A stretch of DNA of 64,000 nucleotides from Candidatus Babelota bacterium (GTDB lineage Bacteria > Babelota > Babeliae > Babelales > RVW-14): NCBI GenBank assembly GCA_018266175.1, contig JAFEAY010000010.1, forward strand, positions 53,942-117,941. Reading direction: 5' to 3'. Positions 7,686 through 17,815 of this stretch are shown here, piece by piece. The notes beneath the pieces are model-generated. The model was not told the DNA's origin. It made no database searches and was given only the letters and a program-made list of their open reading frames with translations. The translations under genes and the position numbers were made by a program. How positions within the stretch are numbered: the first letter of the stretch is position 1; every line of letters starts with the position of its first letter.

Positions 7686-9872
7686 TTAATTACTCGGTTT
7701 ATATTTCTCAACAAACTTCTCTTGATTGGAATCAATCGATGGATGTCGGATTGTTCTGAGATAATCAATCGCTTGTCGTGGCGACATCCCGTGCCGTGCA
7801 ATCAACCACACCGCAAGCATTGTTCCAGTACGACTTTGGCCAAACTGACAATGAACAACCGCCCTTTTTTTTGTCTTATGCGCTTGGTCAACCGCTTGCA
7901 AAAATTCTTGAATTTGAGCAGGTTCTGGTGTATCGCCACTTGGAATATAAAGAAATTTATCAACAACACTTGTTTGACCTTGTTTGCCCAATGTACCAGG
8001 CCACCAAGCTTCGTTATTTAAATCTTTATTTAACGAAACTATCAAGCCAATCCCCAACCATTCAAGCATTTTTATATCACGAGTACTGGCTGGCTGCTGC
8101 ATGCCGGCAAGAAGCTGAGGTGCAACCCAGGAAAAATTTTGTGTTGCAAGCCTGAATGCAAGTACCGCATCAAGCGCATGAAAATCATGACCCTGCTCTC
8201 GTAAATAATTAAGCGCTTCAAGGCATTGATCTATAAAATGAGTATATTTAAGATCTTTTTGATAAAGATGATTAAATTCTCGCTCTTTTTGTTGGTTCGT
8301 AAATGGACAAACGTCATAAATAAATTGAGTTAACGTTGCTGGCAGCTGTACCGGCTTAAGGGCTTGATATGCTTTTTTAAACAGATCAAGCGTTGGTTGC
8401 CGAGTAATTAAATCATGCGCTTGGTTTGCAAAAAATTGCTCCGCAAGAGCTTGAGCGTCTGGAACTGTACCTAAGCTGAGTGGCACATACAAAGCAGACA
8501 AACTGGTTGCATTTGCTTTGGTCAGGGCATCACCACGCGTCAGGCTATAGCCACCAACACTATCAATTATTTTTTTAACTTGATCTTTTAAATCGATAAT
8601 ACTTCCTGCTGCCTGTAGGATCACCTTAAGCTCGGTGCTTGCACCAAGACCAAATCTCCCCCAGCTTCCACGACGGGCAAAAAAGTCAGCATGCTGCTCA
8701 ATCAGGTTCAGCAAACCCACCCACGTTACTTGGCTGAACGTTTCATACCGCTTGTCTTTGACTATTTTTTGTACAATATTTTGAATCAGCCCTCCGCGAA
8801 AACTGCTCACCGCGCAAACTTTTTTTACCGGATCTTGAGTAACATCTTGATCGTACACATCGAGTTCATGCTCAGTTAACGTTTTGTAATCAGGGATAAC
8901 GACTTCGTCAGGGGTTTTGGCAAAGTCTATTGGTGATGGCGTATGACAGGCTTTAAAATAAAAAAGATCGGCTTGTGCTGCGTACTCTGGTTTTTGGAAA
9001 AATCGCTTGATGATTTCAAAAACTTTTTGCCAATCATTATTCCCGTCATCACTGGCCTTAATCACATCAAGGGCTTTTGTTAAAAAAAAGTTCGGGCGTT
9101 GACCATTCAGTGAACTATCCAAAATATAGCCTTTTAAACGCTCCACCAAGTTTGTATCTTTTATGATTTTTTTGAGTGCATCAAAAGCTTCACCGCTTTT
9201 TTTCATCACTGGACCCGCAACTATTTTTTCTTTGCCAGCAGAATCCGTAACTTTTTGTGTAAGACCTCCCGTTGCTTGAGCAAGTAATAAAGTAATTTTG
9301 GCCAGAACATCAAGCTGGGAGCTGTACCACTGATTCTCTTGAAATGGCCAAGCAAAGGTAACACCGTTATGGTCGATGCTCATAACCGCGCCACTTACAT
9401 CCATCAGTGCTGCAATCATCTGCGCATAGTCGGCAACTTTTTCCCAACGAGCATATTCGTTAGGGCCTGAATAGTGAATGGTAATGACGCCTTGCTTGGC
9501 AGCTCGATTGTGCTTAAATTCAAGCGTTGCTTGAGTTCCAGGCGTTAACTGATAGGTAATAGTTTGAGAAAATTCACCGGTTGTATCATCAAAAACATCG
9601 GAAGCTAGAGTAACCGTAACACCATCAACTTTAAGGTTAATAAACTTTTTAATGTTACTTGCAACAAAATAAGGAGCTTTGCCTTGATTCAAATTTTCGT
9701 AAATAGAGATTAGACCATTTTGAAGCGCTTGCAGCTTGTGCTTGAGGCTTGTCAAAGAGGCATGCAGATCTGCAAGCTTTGTAGGAAGGTCATCGGCAGC
9801 AGTCAGCGTGGGGCTGCATGCAAGGGTTATAAGAAAGAGTGTGGTGAGAACAGACTCATAGAGCTTGGCCAT
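7686..9872 (-). CDS. Secreted effector-like protein with a C-terminal dual-specificity (Cys-based) protein phosphatase domain
   Basis: Signal peptide followed by the shared module LHASLTSLKHKLQALQNGL. C-terminal motif VHCQFGQSRTG (CX5R P-loop) with an upstream Asp. NEYARWEKVADY module shared with the 90..3845 protein. Start set at MAKLYES, which has an AGGAGA ribosome-binding site. Confidence 0.65.
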   Translation of the reverse strand: MAKLYESVLTTLFLITLACSPTLTAADDLPTKLADLHASLTSLKHKLQALQNGLISIYENLNQGKAPYFVASNIKKFINLKVDGVTVTLASDVFDDTTGEFSQTITYQLTPGTQATLEFKHNRAAKQGVITIHYSGPNEYARWEKVADYAQMIAALMDVSGAVMSIDHNGVTFAWPFQENQWYSSQLDVLAKITLLLAQATGGLTQKVTDSAGKEKIVAGPVMKKSGEAFDALKKIIKDTNLVERLKGYILDSSLNGQRPNFFLTKALDVIKASDDGNNDWQKVFEIIKRFFQKPEYAAQADLFYFKACHTPSPIDFAKTPDEVVIPDYKTLTEHELDVYDQDVTQDPVKKVCAVSSFRGGLIQNIVQKIVKDKRYETFSQVTWVGLLNLIEQHADFFARRGSWGRFGLGASTELKVILQAAGSIIDLKDQVKKIIDSVGGYSLTRGDALTKANATSLSALYVPLSLGTVPDAQALAEQFFANQAHDLITRQPTLDLFKKAYQALKPVQLPATLTQFIYDVCPFTNQQKEREFNHLYQKDLKYTHFIDQCLEALNYLREQGHDFHALDAVLAFRLATQNFSWVAPQLLAGMQQPASTRDIKMLEWLGIGLIVSLNKDLNNEAWWPGTLGKQGQTSVVDKFLYIPSGDTPEPAQIQEFLQAVDQAHKTKKRAVVHCQFGQSRTGTMLAVWLIARHGMSPRQAIDYLRTIRHPSIDSNQEKFVEKYKPSN

Positions 9873-9975
9873 GATTTTAGCGTCTCCTGTTTTTATTGTT
9901 ACTAACATTTTATAAAAACATAGATCCAGGTAGCCACGCAAGATTCTAGCTGTATTCGTTTTCTTGAGCGGTTAA

Positions 9976-10143
9976 CACAAGAAAGATGATAAAGAAACAA
10001 TGGAACAATGCGCTAACCGCGCACTCGAGCAGATTAAAAATAAAAACTATGCAGTCGAGCTACAAGGCCAGGGCATTAAGAAGGTTGAGTTGTGGGGAAT
10101 TGCCTGTCACCACAAAGCAATACTCCTTATTTCTGAATCATAA
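9976..10143 (+). pseudogene. C-terminal remnant of a DUF1703 / PD-(D/E)XK AAA-ATPase-like family gene
   Basis: Short open frame translating to ...MEQCANRALEQIKNKNYAVELQGQGIKKVELWGIACHHKAILLISES*, which matches the typical C-terminus of that family. There is no upstream body. Confidence 0.35.
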
Positions 10144-10244
10144 ATAACGCGAACTCAAGCATTATAATGTATTGGATAGATTGATTAAGACACACGGTTG
10201 TGGCTGGTGACCTGATCAGACTCTCCAGCCACAAAATTATTGTA

Positions 10245-11072
10245 TCATTTACCTTTTTTTGGCTTGCTCCATTTTGCAAAGCCACGAGATTTTGCAATCG
10301 CATAAAAATCTTCTTCTGGCTGGTTTTCTTCTTCGTCATCTTCTTGGCTCTCGTATCCACCTTCTTGCTCATCATCCTCTGATTCATAGGCATCGTACTG
10401 ATCATCAGACCAAGAGAGACCCTGGGCATAATGATCAGCAAGCTGATCATCAATTTCTTGGATAAGCTCATCAAAGCGCGATTGGTCTTTTTCAAACTCA
10501 AGCTCTTGCTCCTCTAATTGCTCGAGCAATCTTCGTTCTTTTCTTCGTTGCTTATAAGCTCTTTTTCTTTGTGCTCTATCTTTTTTTGTTGCAAAAAACT
10601 CCCGCTCATCTTCCCATTCTTCTTCTAAATAATCTTGGTAGTCCTCTTGCATATGAAGACGAACATTTTGTTTATTTCCTGCTTGAGATAAAGAACTCCT
10701 TGCGCACTCATGCTGTTTACAAGACTGTAAGACCGATGAAATAACAAAATACCTCAAGCGTTTGACACGTTTTTTACTATTTTTACTCAATGCATCAAAT
10801 AAATTTTGCCTTGCACTCTCAATGATTTGATTGCAAGAGCTACAGTTTATGCATGGCAATAAGCTCTTAATCAAATGTTGAATAGTATCTTGTGTATGGT
10901 TTGGAGCAATAGTTTTAAGACGACCTCTTAGTATTTCTGCATACGCTTGACCGTTTAACCCACAAGACTTATAAGCGTTTTCCAATCTTTTTGGGCTTGC
11001 AAAAAGCAGCCCATCAAATGAGTACACTGCAAGTAACACTACGTTGAAAACCATGGAGTACAACAACTTCAT
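10245..11072 (-). CDS. Secreted hypothetical protein with basic KR-rich stretches and a strongly acidic D/E tail
   Basis: Signal-like N-terminus. KKRVKRLRY and KKDRAQRKRAYKQRRKERR basic blocks, then ESEDDEQEGGYESQEDDEEEN. Confidence 0.5.
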   Translation of the reverse strand: MKLLYSMVFNVVLLAVYSFDGLLFASPKRLENAYKSCGLNGQAYAEILRGRLKTIAPNHTQDTIQHLIKSLLPCINCSSCNQIIESARQNLFDALSKNSKKRVKRLRYFVISSVLQSCKQHECARSSLSQAGNKQNVRLHMQEDYQDYLEEEWEDEREFFATKKDRAQRKRAYKQRRKERRLLEQLEEQELEFEKDQSRFDELIQEIDDQLADHYAQGLSWSDDQYDAYESEDDEQEGGYESQEDDEEENQPEEDFYAIAKSRGFAKWSKPKKGK

Positions 11073-11098
11073 TATTTTTCCTTTTTAAAAATAAAGCG

Positions 11099-13654
11099 CT
11101 AGCTCATAACAATTTTATTATTTTGTTGATCAATTATAAACATTTTTTTATCAGGATTTTTTAACATCTCAACGGCCAATGGGCTTACCACGAGCTGCTG
11201 AACTGCTCGCTTGAGCGGGCGAGCACCAAACTCGGGTACATACCCCTGCTCAGCCAAGTAGGCGAGCGCAGCCTCTGAAAACGTCAGCTGAATGCCTTGA
11301 TCTTTGACCCGACTTTGTACCACATCAAGTTGAATGCGTACAATCGTTTTGATGTCGTTCAACGATAATGATTTAAAGAAAACGGTCTCATCAATACGAT
11401 TCAAAAATTCAGGCCTAAAGGTTGTCAGGAGCAATTTCTCAATTTCAGTACGCACTTTGGGCGTGATCTCTCCTGCCTGCAAAATAAGTGAACTACCGAT
11501 GTTTGAAGTCATAATAACAATGCAATTTTTGAATGAAACAGTACGACCTTGCGAATCGGTTAAATGACCTTCATCAAGAATTTGTAAGAACATGTTGAAA
11601 ACATCGGGATGCGCTTTTTCAATTTCATCAAACAGTAAAACACTGTAAGGATGCTTGCGCACCTGTTCGGTCAACTGACCACCTTCTTCGTACCCAACAT
11701 ATCCTGGAGGTGCTCCGACAAGGCGTGCAACGGCATGTTTTTCCATGTACTCAGACATGTCGATGCGGATCATTTTATGCTCGTCATCAAACAGATAATC
11801 GGCAAGCGTTTTTGCCACTTCGGTTTTTCCGACACCAGTTGGCCCTAAGAAAAGAAACGAACCGATCGGTTTGTTTTGGTCACCAATCCCGGCACGATGC
11901 ACACGAATGGTATTGGCAATTTTGGTAATTGCTTCGTCTTGCCCAACCACACGCGTATGCAGCTCGGTCTCCATATTCAAAAGCTTATGTCCTTCATCAG
12001 CTTTGAGCTTTTCAACCGGAACTTTGATCCAGCGCGAAAGTACTGCGGCAATATCATCTTCATCAACCTCTTCTTTGATCAGATGCGTTGTGAGCGATTT
12101 TAGTTTTTCCAGCTCATCGTTCAATTTCTTTTCAAGCTCAACAAGCTTGCCGTATTTGAGCATTGAAGCTTTGCTCAAGTCACCTTCACGCTCGGCTCGG
12201 GCAAAGTCGATATTTGCTTGTTCGATTTGTTCTTTAATTTTTTGAATTGATTCAAGCGGCTTACGCTCAGACTTCCATTGGTCAAGCAGTGCACGCTCTT
12301 CTTCTTTAAAATTACTCAACTCTTTTTCAAGATCGTGTAATCGTTTTTTTGAAAGATCATCTTTTTCTTTGCCCAGCGCAATTTTTTCGATCTCAAGCTG
12401 ACGCAGCTTACGCTCAAGTTTATCGAGTGTTTCAGGCTTTGAATCGATGGCCATTTTTACTTGCGAAGCCGCTTCGTCAATTAAATCAATTGCTTTGTCG
12501 GGTAAAAAACGATCGGGGATCAGGCGGGCAGAAAGCTTGACCGCTTTGACTAAAGCTTGATCTTTGATGCGAATGCCATGATGCAACTCGTAGCGCTCTT
12601 TCAGGCCGCGCAAAATTGAAATTGCATCGTCAAGCGTTGGCTCTTCAACCAGAACTTTTTGGAAGCGACGCTCAAGTGCTGCATCTTTTTCAATATATTT
12701 TTTGTATTCCATGACGGTTGTTGCACCAACGCAATGCAAGATTCCACGTGCAAGTGCCGGCTTGAGCAAGTTGGAGGCATCCATGCCTCCTCCGGTTGCA
12801 CCAGCACCTACAAGCATATGAAGCTCATCAATAAATAAAATTATTGCCTCATGCTCTTTTTCGATGGCATTTAAAATTGCCTTGAGCCGCTCTTCAAACT
12901 CGCCTCGGTATTTTGTTCCTGCAATGAGTGAGCCCATGTCCAGCGATAAGATGCGGCGGTTGCGCAAACTTTCTGGCACATCGTTGTCAACAATGCGCTG
13001 GGCAATGCCCTCAACAATTGCTGTTTTTCCGACACCGGGGTCACCCACCAGCACAGGATTATTTTTGGTACGGCGTGATAAAATTTGAAGCACATGACGG
13101 ATTTCATCATTACGGCCAATGACAGGGTCAAGCTTGCCCTGCTTGGCACGGGCGGTGAGATCTTGGCAATATTTTTCTAGAACTTGGTAGTTATTTTCAG
13201 CGTTTTGGTCTTTCACGGTTTCCCCCTTTCGTAACGATTGAACCCACGGTAAAACATTGTGATAATTTAAATTTTGGGAAAAGAAAGTGGTAATGCTTGA
13301 TGGAAGCGTTTTTGTTTTTGATAAGCCCAGCAGCAAAAGGTCAATACTGATGTACTGGTCACCGAGCTCTTTTGCAAGCGCTTGGCACTCACTAAAAAAT
13401 GTACTGAAGTTGTGGTCGATGCCGACTTGAGCACCGGTTACCTTGGGCAACCGATTGAGCTCGTTGAGCGTCAGCGCATCAAGCGATTTTATATCGACTT
13501 TTAAAGACTTAAAGCATGATTGAAATAATTGGTCGTCTGTTGCAACGGCAAGCAGATGAAGCGGCTGCAAGACAGCATGGCTATGCTCTTGCGCACAGGA
13601 AACCGCTTTTTGAAAAAGTTCCGCACTTGCATTGGTTAATTGTTCTTGGTTCAT
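11099..13654 (-). CDS. clpB: ClpB disaggregase chaperone (class I AAA+, two nucleotide-binding domains plus middle coiled-coil)
   Basis: [18 protein letters not shown] and [19 protein letters not shown] Walker A motifs. Long M-domain coiled coil. 851 aa. Confidence 0.95.
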   Translation of the reverse strand: MNQEQLTNASAELFQKAVSCAQEHSHAVLQPLHLLAVATDDQLFQSCFKSLKVDIKSLDALTLNELNRLPKVTGAQVGIDHNFSTFFSECQALAKELGDQYISIDLLLLGLSKTKTLPSSITTFFSQNLNYHNVLPWVQSLRKGETVKDQNAENNYQVLEKYCQDLTARAKQGKLDPVIGRNDEIRHVLQILSRRTKNNPVLVGDPGVGKTAIVEGIAQRIVDNDVPESLRNRRILSLDMGSLIAGTKYRGEFEERLKAILNAIEKEHEAIILFIDELHMLVGAGATGGGMDASNLLKPALARGILHCVGATTVMEYKKYIEKDAALERRFQKVLVEEPTLDDAISILRGLKERYELHHGIRIKDQALVKAVKLSARLIPDRFLPDKAIDLIDEAASQVKMAIDSKPETLDKLERKLRQLEIEKIALGKEKDDLSKKRLHDLEKELSNFKEEERALLDQWKSERKPLESIQKIKEQIEQANIDFARAEREGDLSKASMLKYGKLVELEKKLNDELEKLKSLTTHLIKEEVDEDDIAAVLSRWIKVPVEKLKADEGHKLLNMETELHTRVVGQDEAITKIANTIRVHRAGIGDQNKPIGSFLFLGPTGVGKTEVAKTLADYLFDDEHKMIRIDMSEYMEKHAVARLVGAPPGYVGYEEGGQLTEQVRKHPYSVLLFDEIEKAHPDVFNMFLQILDEGHLTDSQGRTVSFKNCIVIMTSNIGSSLILQAGEITPKVRTEIEKLLLTTFRPEFLNRIDETVFFKSLSLNDIKTIVRIQLDVVQSRVKDQGIQLTFSEAALAYLAEQGYVPEFGARPLKRAVQQLVVSPLAVEMLKNPDKKMFIIDQQNNKIVMS

Positions 13655-13747
13655 AAATATCTCCTGAACATCACAGCAATAAACTGATGTTCAACTATTA
13701 TGCCGCAAAATTAACTCAATTCAAGTGCGTGAAAATGTATGGAGAAA

Positions 13748-14089
13748 TTATGGCTGCTTGCCCAACTCAGTCTTGAGATGCGTTAGCTGTCCTGCAAGTG
13801 ATCCAAGCTTTGACTTCAGTTCAGTGAGCTTTGTTTCTAAATCAGCGATTGTTGTTTGTAATACGCTTGGTTGAGTTACTTTTGCTGCTTCAGCTGCAGA
13901 TTTGTTAGTATTCTTAGTGCCTTTATTTCTCTTTTTCTTATTCCTATTCTTTCTTTCTTTTTTTTGCTGATGTTTTGATTTTTTCTCAGCAGCATAAACA
14001 CTTTCCTGTGCAACAAAACAGCTTGCTCCCGCAATCGCTACAAGAAGAGCAACTCTAAGCCCCAAGCATTTGATCATTCTTTGCATCAT
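13748..14089 (-). CDS. Small secreted lysine-rich protein with a C-terminal leucine-heptad coiled coil
   Basis: Signal peptide. KKSKHQQKKERKNRNKKKRNKGTKNTNK basic block. C-terminal ...IADLETKLTELKSKLGSLAGQLTHLKTEL. Confidence 0.45.
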   Translation of the reverse strand: MMQRMIKCLGLRVALLVAIAGASCFVAQESVYAAEKKSKHQQKKERKNRNKKKRNKGTKNTNKSAAEAAKVTQPSVLQTTIADLETKLTELKSKLGSLAGQLTHLKTELGKQP

Positions 14090-14227
14090 CACAAATCCCT
14101 CACCCGTTACATAATTTATTATAAACATCGAAACACAATTCATGGTATTCAAGAGAGCCCTAGGCTTTCAATAAATCAAAAAAATTGTCGTTATAAAACC
14201 AACTCTGAGTAAGCTGCGAAGTTTGAA

Positions 14228-15316
14228 TTAACTCAAAACGCTGAGCTTTGGTAGAGGAATGTAGCTCAAGTTGCGCGAGCGCGCCCAGGCTTTAAGAAAG
14301 TCCCAAATTTTGTAGGACTTGAGTGTGTTCATGGTACGAGGAAATGCAGGATCGATGCAAATCACCGACCGCGTTGCTCTGTTCCATCCAACAACAACCA
14401 TGAAATGGCCATTACGATAGGGCGTTGCACCACCACGCAAACTCCGTACACTGACTGCAACGGGAACTTTACGCTGAAGATATTGATACAAATCGTTAAA
14501 ACTGTTCAGGCGCTCGACACGGAAAAAAACATTCCCCTTGCTTGCATGATACGCATGCGCAACGTTGAGCAGCCAGTTACCATAAATATCCAGATATCCC
14601 TTGTCCAAAACTTTATCGGCAAAGTCAATGACATAATCGTGAAGATTGGTATTTACTTGAGCGCCGGGCTCTTTTTTCATGAAGTAATTAACAATTAAGC
14701 TGGTTGCGGTAGGGGAACAAAGATCTGCAAAACGTGGGTGCTTGAGCACCATTTGCGATTGCTTAGGAACACCGCTGACCAAAACAGTTGGATTATTCAC
14801 AGAAGGCCGTGCAAGATTAAACAACTTCATGTTCGATGCACAGGCAAAAAGCGCCTTGAGACTGTGATGGTCTGCACCACCTTCAAACGTTACTTTAACA
14901 CGAAAGCCACGCGCAAGAACATTGCGCTGCATTTCAACAAGTACATGCTTGGTATGAACAAATCGATCTAACTTATTAACAAATGTTTGTTGATGATCGG
15001 GCGACCACTGAGCAAGACGATGCCAACGCGACCAATCGCTATGCTTAACACTCACCCATATGGTCATTTTACCACGCTTGGGCCGATAGGCATTCCATGA
15101 CAGAATAAGCTCATTAAATGGTCCGGTATCAGTGCGCTCCCAAATTTTAACATCGGCGCCTTGGCCAGCTGTTTGAGGAAGAGGGTCATTAAAAAATTTT
15201 GAAAATGTTTTTGAAAAGTTGCATGAAAGGGGTGGTTGTACAACCGCATGTGCAGATGAAAGAGTAACGATGCATAGCACCATGTTCCAGCAGATAAGAC
15301 GTAACCAATAAGGCAT
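14228..15316 (-). CDS. Secreted papain-fold cysteine peptidase, C39-like domain
   Basis: Signal peptide. Nucleophile context DLCSPTATSLIVNYF, His in GHFMVVVGWN and a downstream Asp, as in C39-like peptidases. Confidence 0.6.
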   Translation of the reverse strand: MPYWLRLICWNMVLCIVTLSSAHAVVQPPLSCNFSKTFSKFFNDPLPQTAGQGADVKIWERTDTGPFNELILSWNAYRPKRGKMTIWVSVKHSDWSRWHRLAQWSPDHQQTFVNKLDRFVHTKHVLVEMQRNVLARGFRVKVTFEGGADHHSLKALFACASNMKLFNLARPSVNNPTVLVSGVPKQSQMVLKHPRFADLCSPTATSLIVNYFMKKEPGAQVNTNLHDYVIDFADKVLDKGYLDIYGNWLLNVAHAYHASKGNVFFRVERLNSFNDLYQYLQRKVPVAVSVRSLRGGATPYRNGHFMVVVGWNRATRSVICIDPAFPRTMNTLKSYKIWDFLKAWARSRNLSYIPLPKLSVLS

Positions 15317-15377
15317 AGTATTCCAGACTGTTTTCACTGCCCTGCTCCCCAACTTCCCCCTTTATGATACGGTTCCT

Positions 15378-16793
15378 TCACTTACCAACACAAAAAGAGC
15401 TAAAGACATGATCAAGCATCGCCTCGGTTACATTGCGACCGGTGAGTTCTGCTGTTTTTTCAAGAATCTCTTTGAGTTGATACGCTACCAATTCGTAGTG
15501 TACTCCATCAGCAAAGCCATTAACAATAAAATCCAATCTTGCTTCGATTTGAGCAAGGAGCTGACATTGTCGATGGTTTAGAAGATAGGGGGACGAGCAT
15601 TGTGCAAAGATATATTGAATTTTCTCTTCTATCATCACTTCAAGCGCTTCGATTCCTAAGCGCTCCTTAGCCGAAGTATATACCGTTTTATGACTTTGAG
15701 AATCCAGAATTTGTTTTAAAGCAAAATTAACAGGCTGAGCATCAACTTTGTTCACAACAATAATTACCTTGTCAGCATATTCCTGAAGTACCTCATGATA
15801 CTGAGCATCAAGATGCTGGTCGGCTGCATCAATCACGAGCAAGACAACGTCTGCCGAACGTGCTTCGTGCCAAGAACGCTCAATACCCTGCTTCTCGATG
15901 ACATCGCTGGTTGATCGTAGTCCGGCAGTATCAATGAACAATACAAAGTTTCCTTGGCGATAAATTGTTGTTTCAATGCTATCGCGCGTTGTCCCTGCAA
16001 TATCAGAAACAATTGCTCGGTCCTTGCGTATCAACGCATTAAAAAGTGTTGATTTACCAACGTTAACACTTCCAACAAGGGCTACACGTATCCCCTGCTT
16101 TATTTGCTGCTGCTGATTAAAATTTTCTTGCGCACTGCGCACATCACTACGCAACTGAATAAGTTTTTCTATAATAAGCTGATCGAAATCAAAGTCTCGC
16201 TGCTCTTCGTCAAGAAACTCAAAGCTGGCTTCAACAAGTCCAAGTACTGCAACAAATTCAGTTTGAATGCCTTGTAAAAATGAAGACAAACTGCCCTGAA
16301 GTTGCGCCATCGACTTGCGTAACGCAAGCTCAGTTTGAGCATGAATGACATCGTTAATAGCCTCAGCCTGAACAAGATCAAGCTTACCATTGAGAAATGC
16401 TCGCTTGGTAAATTCACCTCGTTGCGCATGGCGAGCGCCTGCTTTGATAGCAACATCAATAATTTGTTGAATAATAAATTGGTTATTGTGGCAACTTATT
16501 TCAACGGTATGTTGCCCAGTGAATGTTCTTGGTGCGTGCATCACAAAAAACAAGACTTCATCAATGGGACATGCAGTATCCTGAGGATCAACAACATGCC
16601 CATGATGAATAGTATGACTTGAAACATTATTCAATGATTGACCAGATGAAAGCTGAGCTATTTGAGCAGCAACAGCGAGTGCATGATCACCAGAGAGTCT
16701 GAGTAGGGCAATTGCACCATTTCCTTGCGGACTGCATTGCGCTACAATGACATCGTGTTCATCACTCTGAAGTGTCGGATGAACGCTTATCAT
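15378..16793 (-). CDS. mnmE: tRNA modification GTPase MnmE (TrmE)
   Basis: G-domain GSVNVGKSTLFNAL and DTAG motifs. Terminal CVGK motif. jag lies upstream. Confidence 0.9.
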   Translation of the reverse strand: MISVHPTLQSDEHDVIVAQCSPQGNGAIALLRLSGDHALAVAAQIAQLSSGQSLNNVSSHTIHHGHVVDPQDTACPIDEVLFFVMHAPRTFTGQHTVEISCHNNQFIIQQIIDVAIKAGARHAQRGEFTKRAFLNGKLDLVQAEAINDVIHAQTELALRKSMAQLQGSLSSFLQGIQTEFVAVLGLVEASFEFLDEEQRDFDFDQLIIEKLIQLRSDVRSAQENFNQQQQIKQGIRVALVGSVNVGKSTLFNALIRKDRAIVSDIAGTTRDSIETTIYRQGNFVLFIDTAGLRSTSDVIEKQGIERSWHEARSADVVLLVIDAADQHLDAQYHEVLQEYADKVIIVVNKVDAQPVNFALKQILDSQSHKTVYTSAKERLGIEALEVMIEEKIQYIFAQCSSPYLLNHRQCQLLAQIEARLDFIVNGFADGVHYELVAYQLKEILEKTAELTGRNVTEAMLDHVFSSFCVGK

Positions 16794-17508
16794 GTGCCCC
16801 AAGACCTTTGAACGAAATAACAATGTGATAGTTGTGAAATTTCTTTTTGTGCGTCTTTTTTAAGAACTGCATAAGCAAGTAAGCAAGACTCATGCTGATA
16901 GCACGCTCATCTTCAAGCTTAAATACACGCTCTTGAAAGCCGATGTAAAGAATTTTCTTATCAATTTTTGTTGCAAAATTAGTTGAAACTTCCATCAACG
17001 TGCAAAGCTCATTCAACCAGGGTGTGATCTGATCAACAAGTTCTTGTGTCCAAAAATCGCCCTGCACTGTTCCTCGATCATGACGAGCATTGATAGCATC
17101 AACGTGCGCGCGTTCTTGACGCTGAGCAAGCTGATTTGCACCTCTTTCGCCATCTCTTTGAACAACTCGTGCTGGCTGTTGTGCCGAACGCTGATTTTTA
17201 GCTTGCGACCTAGAATCTTTGGAGGCGGTAGCATTTGAATCAGGATACTGACGATTTTGCCTGCGATCGTCTGAACGTTCGTTTCGTTTTTGTTGAGCAA
17301 CCTTACGCTGCTCACGCTCTTGCCGCTCATTCAGCTTTTTGGGATCATAGGAAATTGATACAATAGCTGGGCGTTTGGTAAAACCAAAAAAGTTTTTTGC
17401 TCCCAGTTCTAAAATATTAATTGTAAACTCTTCAGGTTTACCCGACTCTACCCACGCTTTTTCGATTGCTTTTGCGACGGATGATGCTTCATGCAGCATT
17501 GATTTCAT
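16762..17508 (-). CDS. jag: Jag/KhpB RNA-binding protein (Jag_N plus KH/R3H)
   Basis: Jag_N-like N-terminus (AIEKAW...FGFTKRPAIVSISYD). Conserved jag-mnmE arrangement. Low-complexity R/Q-rich linker. Confidence 0.6.
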   Translation of the reverse strand: MKSMLHEASSVAKAIEKAWVESGKPEEFTINILELGAKNFFGFTKRPAIVSISYDPKKLNERQEREQRKVAQQKRNERSDDRRQNRQYPDSNATASKDSRSQAKNQRSAQQPARVVQRDGERGANQLAQRQERAHVDAINARHDRGTVQGDFWTQELVDQITPWLNELCTLMEVSTNFATKIDKKILYIGFQERVFKLEDERAISMSLAYLLMQFLKKTHKKKFHNYHIVISFKGLGAHDKRSSDTSE

Positions 17509-17815
17509 GTAAGAAAACCTTTCAATGGAAAGCCGAGAATACATGACAAATATTGAGAAATAATAGCTCTAAAACTCCGAAATTTTAAGGAAACGCCGTG
17601 TCACCCACCCCATACACCACGCTCGATATGGAAAATTGCCGAATTCACTGAAGCTTATGCTTTCAGCAAAAATCTAACAGAAAATTACTTCCTGTGCAAT
17701 CGGATTGTAATTTTAACCTTTAAAAGTCTGTAATTTTAAGGATGGGACGCTTCCCTCTTCGCTGATAAGCGCTATGACAAACAGCCTACATTTTTGGGTC
17801 GACCGTTTTGCTAGC

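Noticed and set aside
10127-10501. ORF overlapping the 3' part of gene 10245..11072 on the same strand
   Set aside because: It is an out-of-frame overlap of the better-supported secreted-protein gene.
11334-13122. Several 60-125-aa ORFs antisense to clpB
   Set aside because: They lie inside a strongly conserved chaperone gene and have no motifs.
11099-13654. Possibility that the Clp ATPase is a T6SS ClpV
   Set aside because: It has the long ClpB M-domain coiled coil, and there are no T6SS genes nearby.
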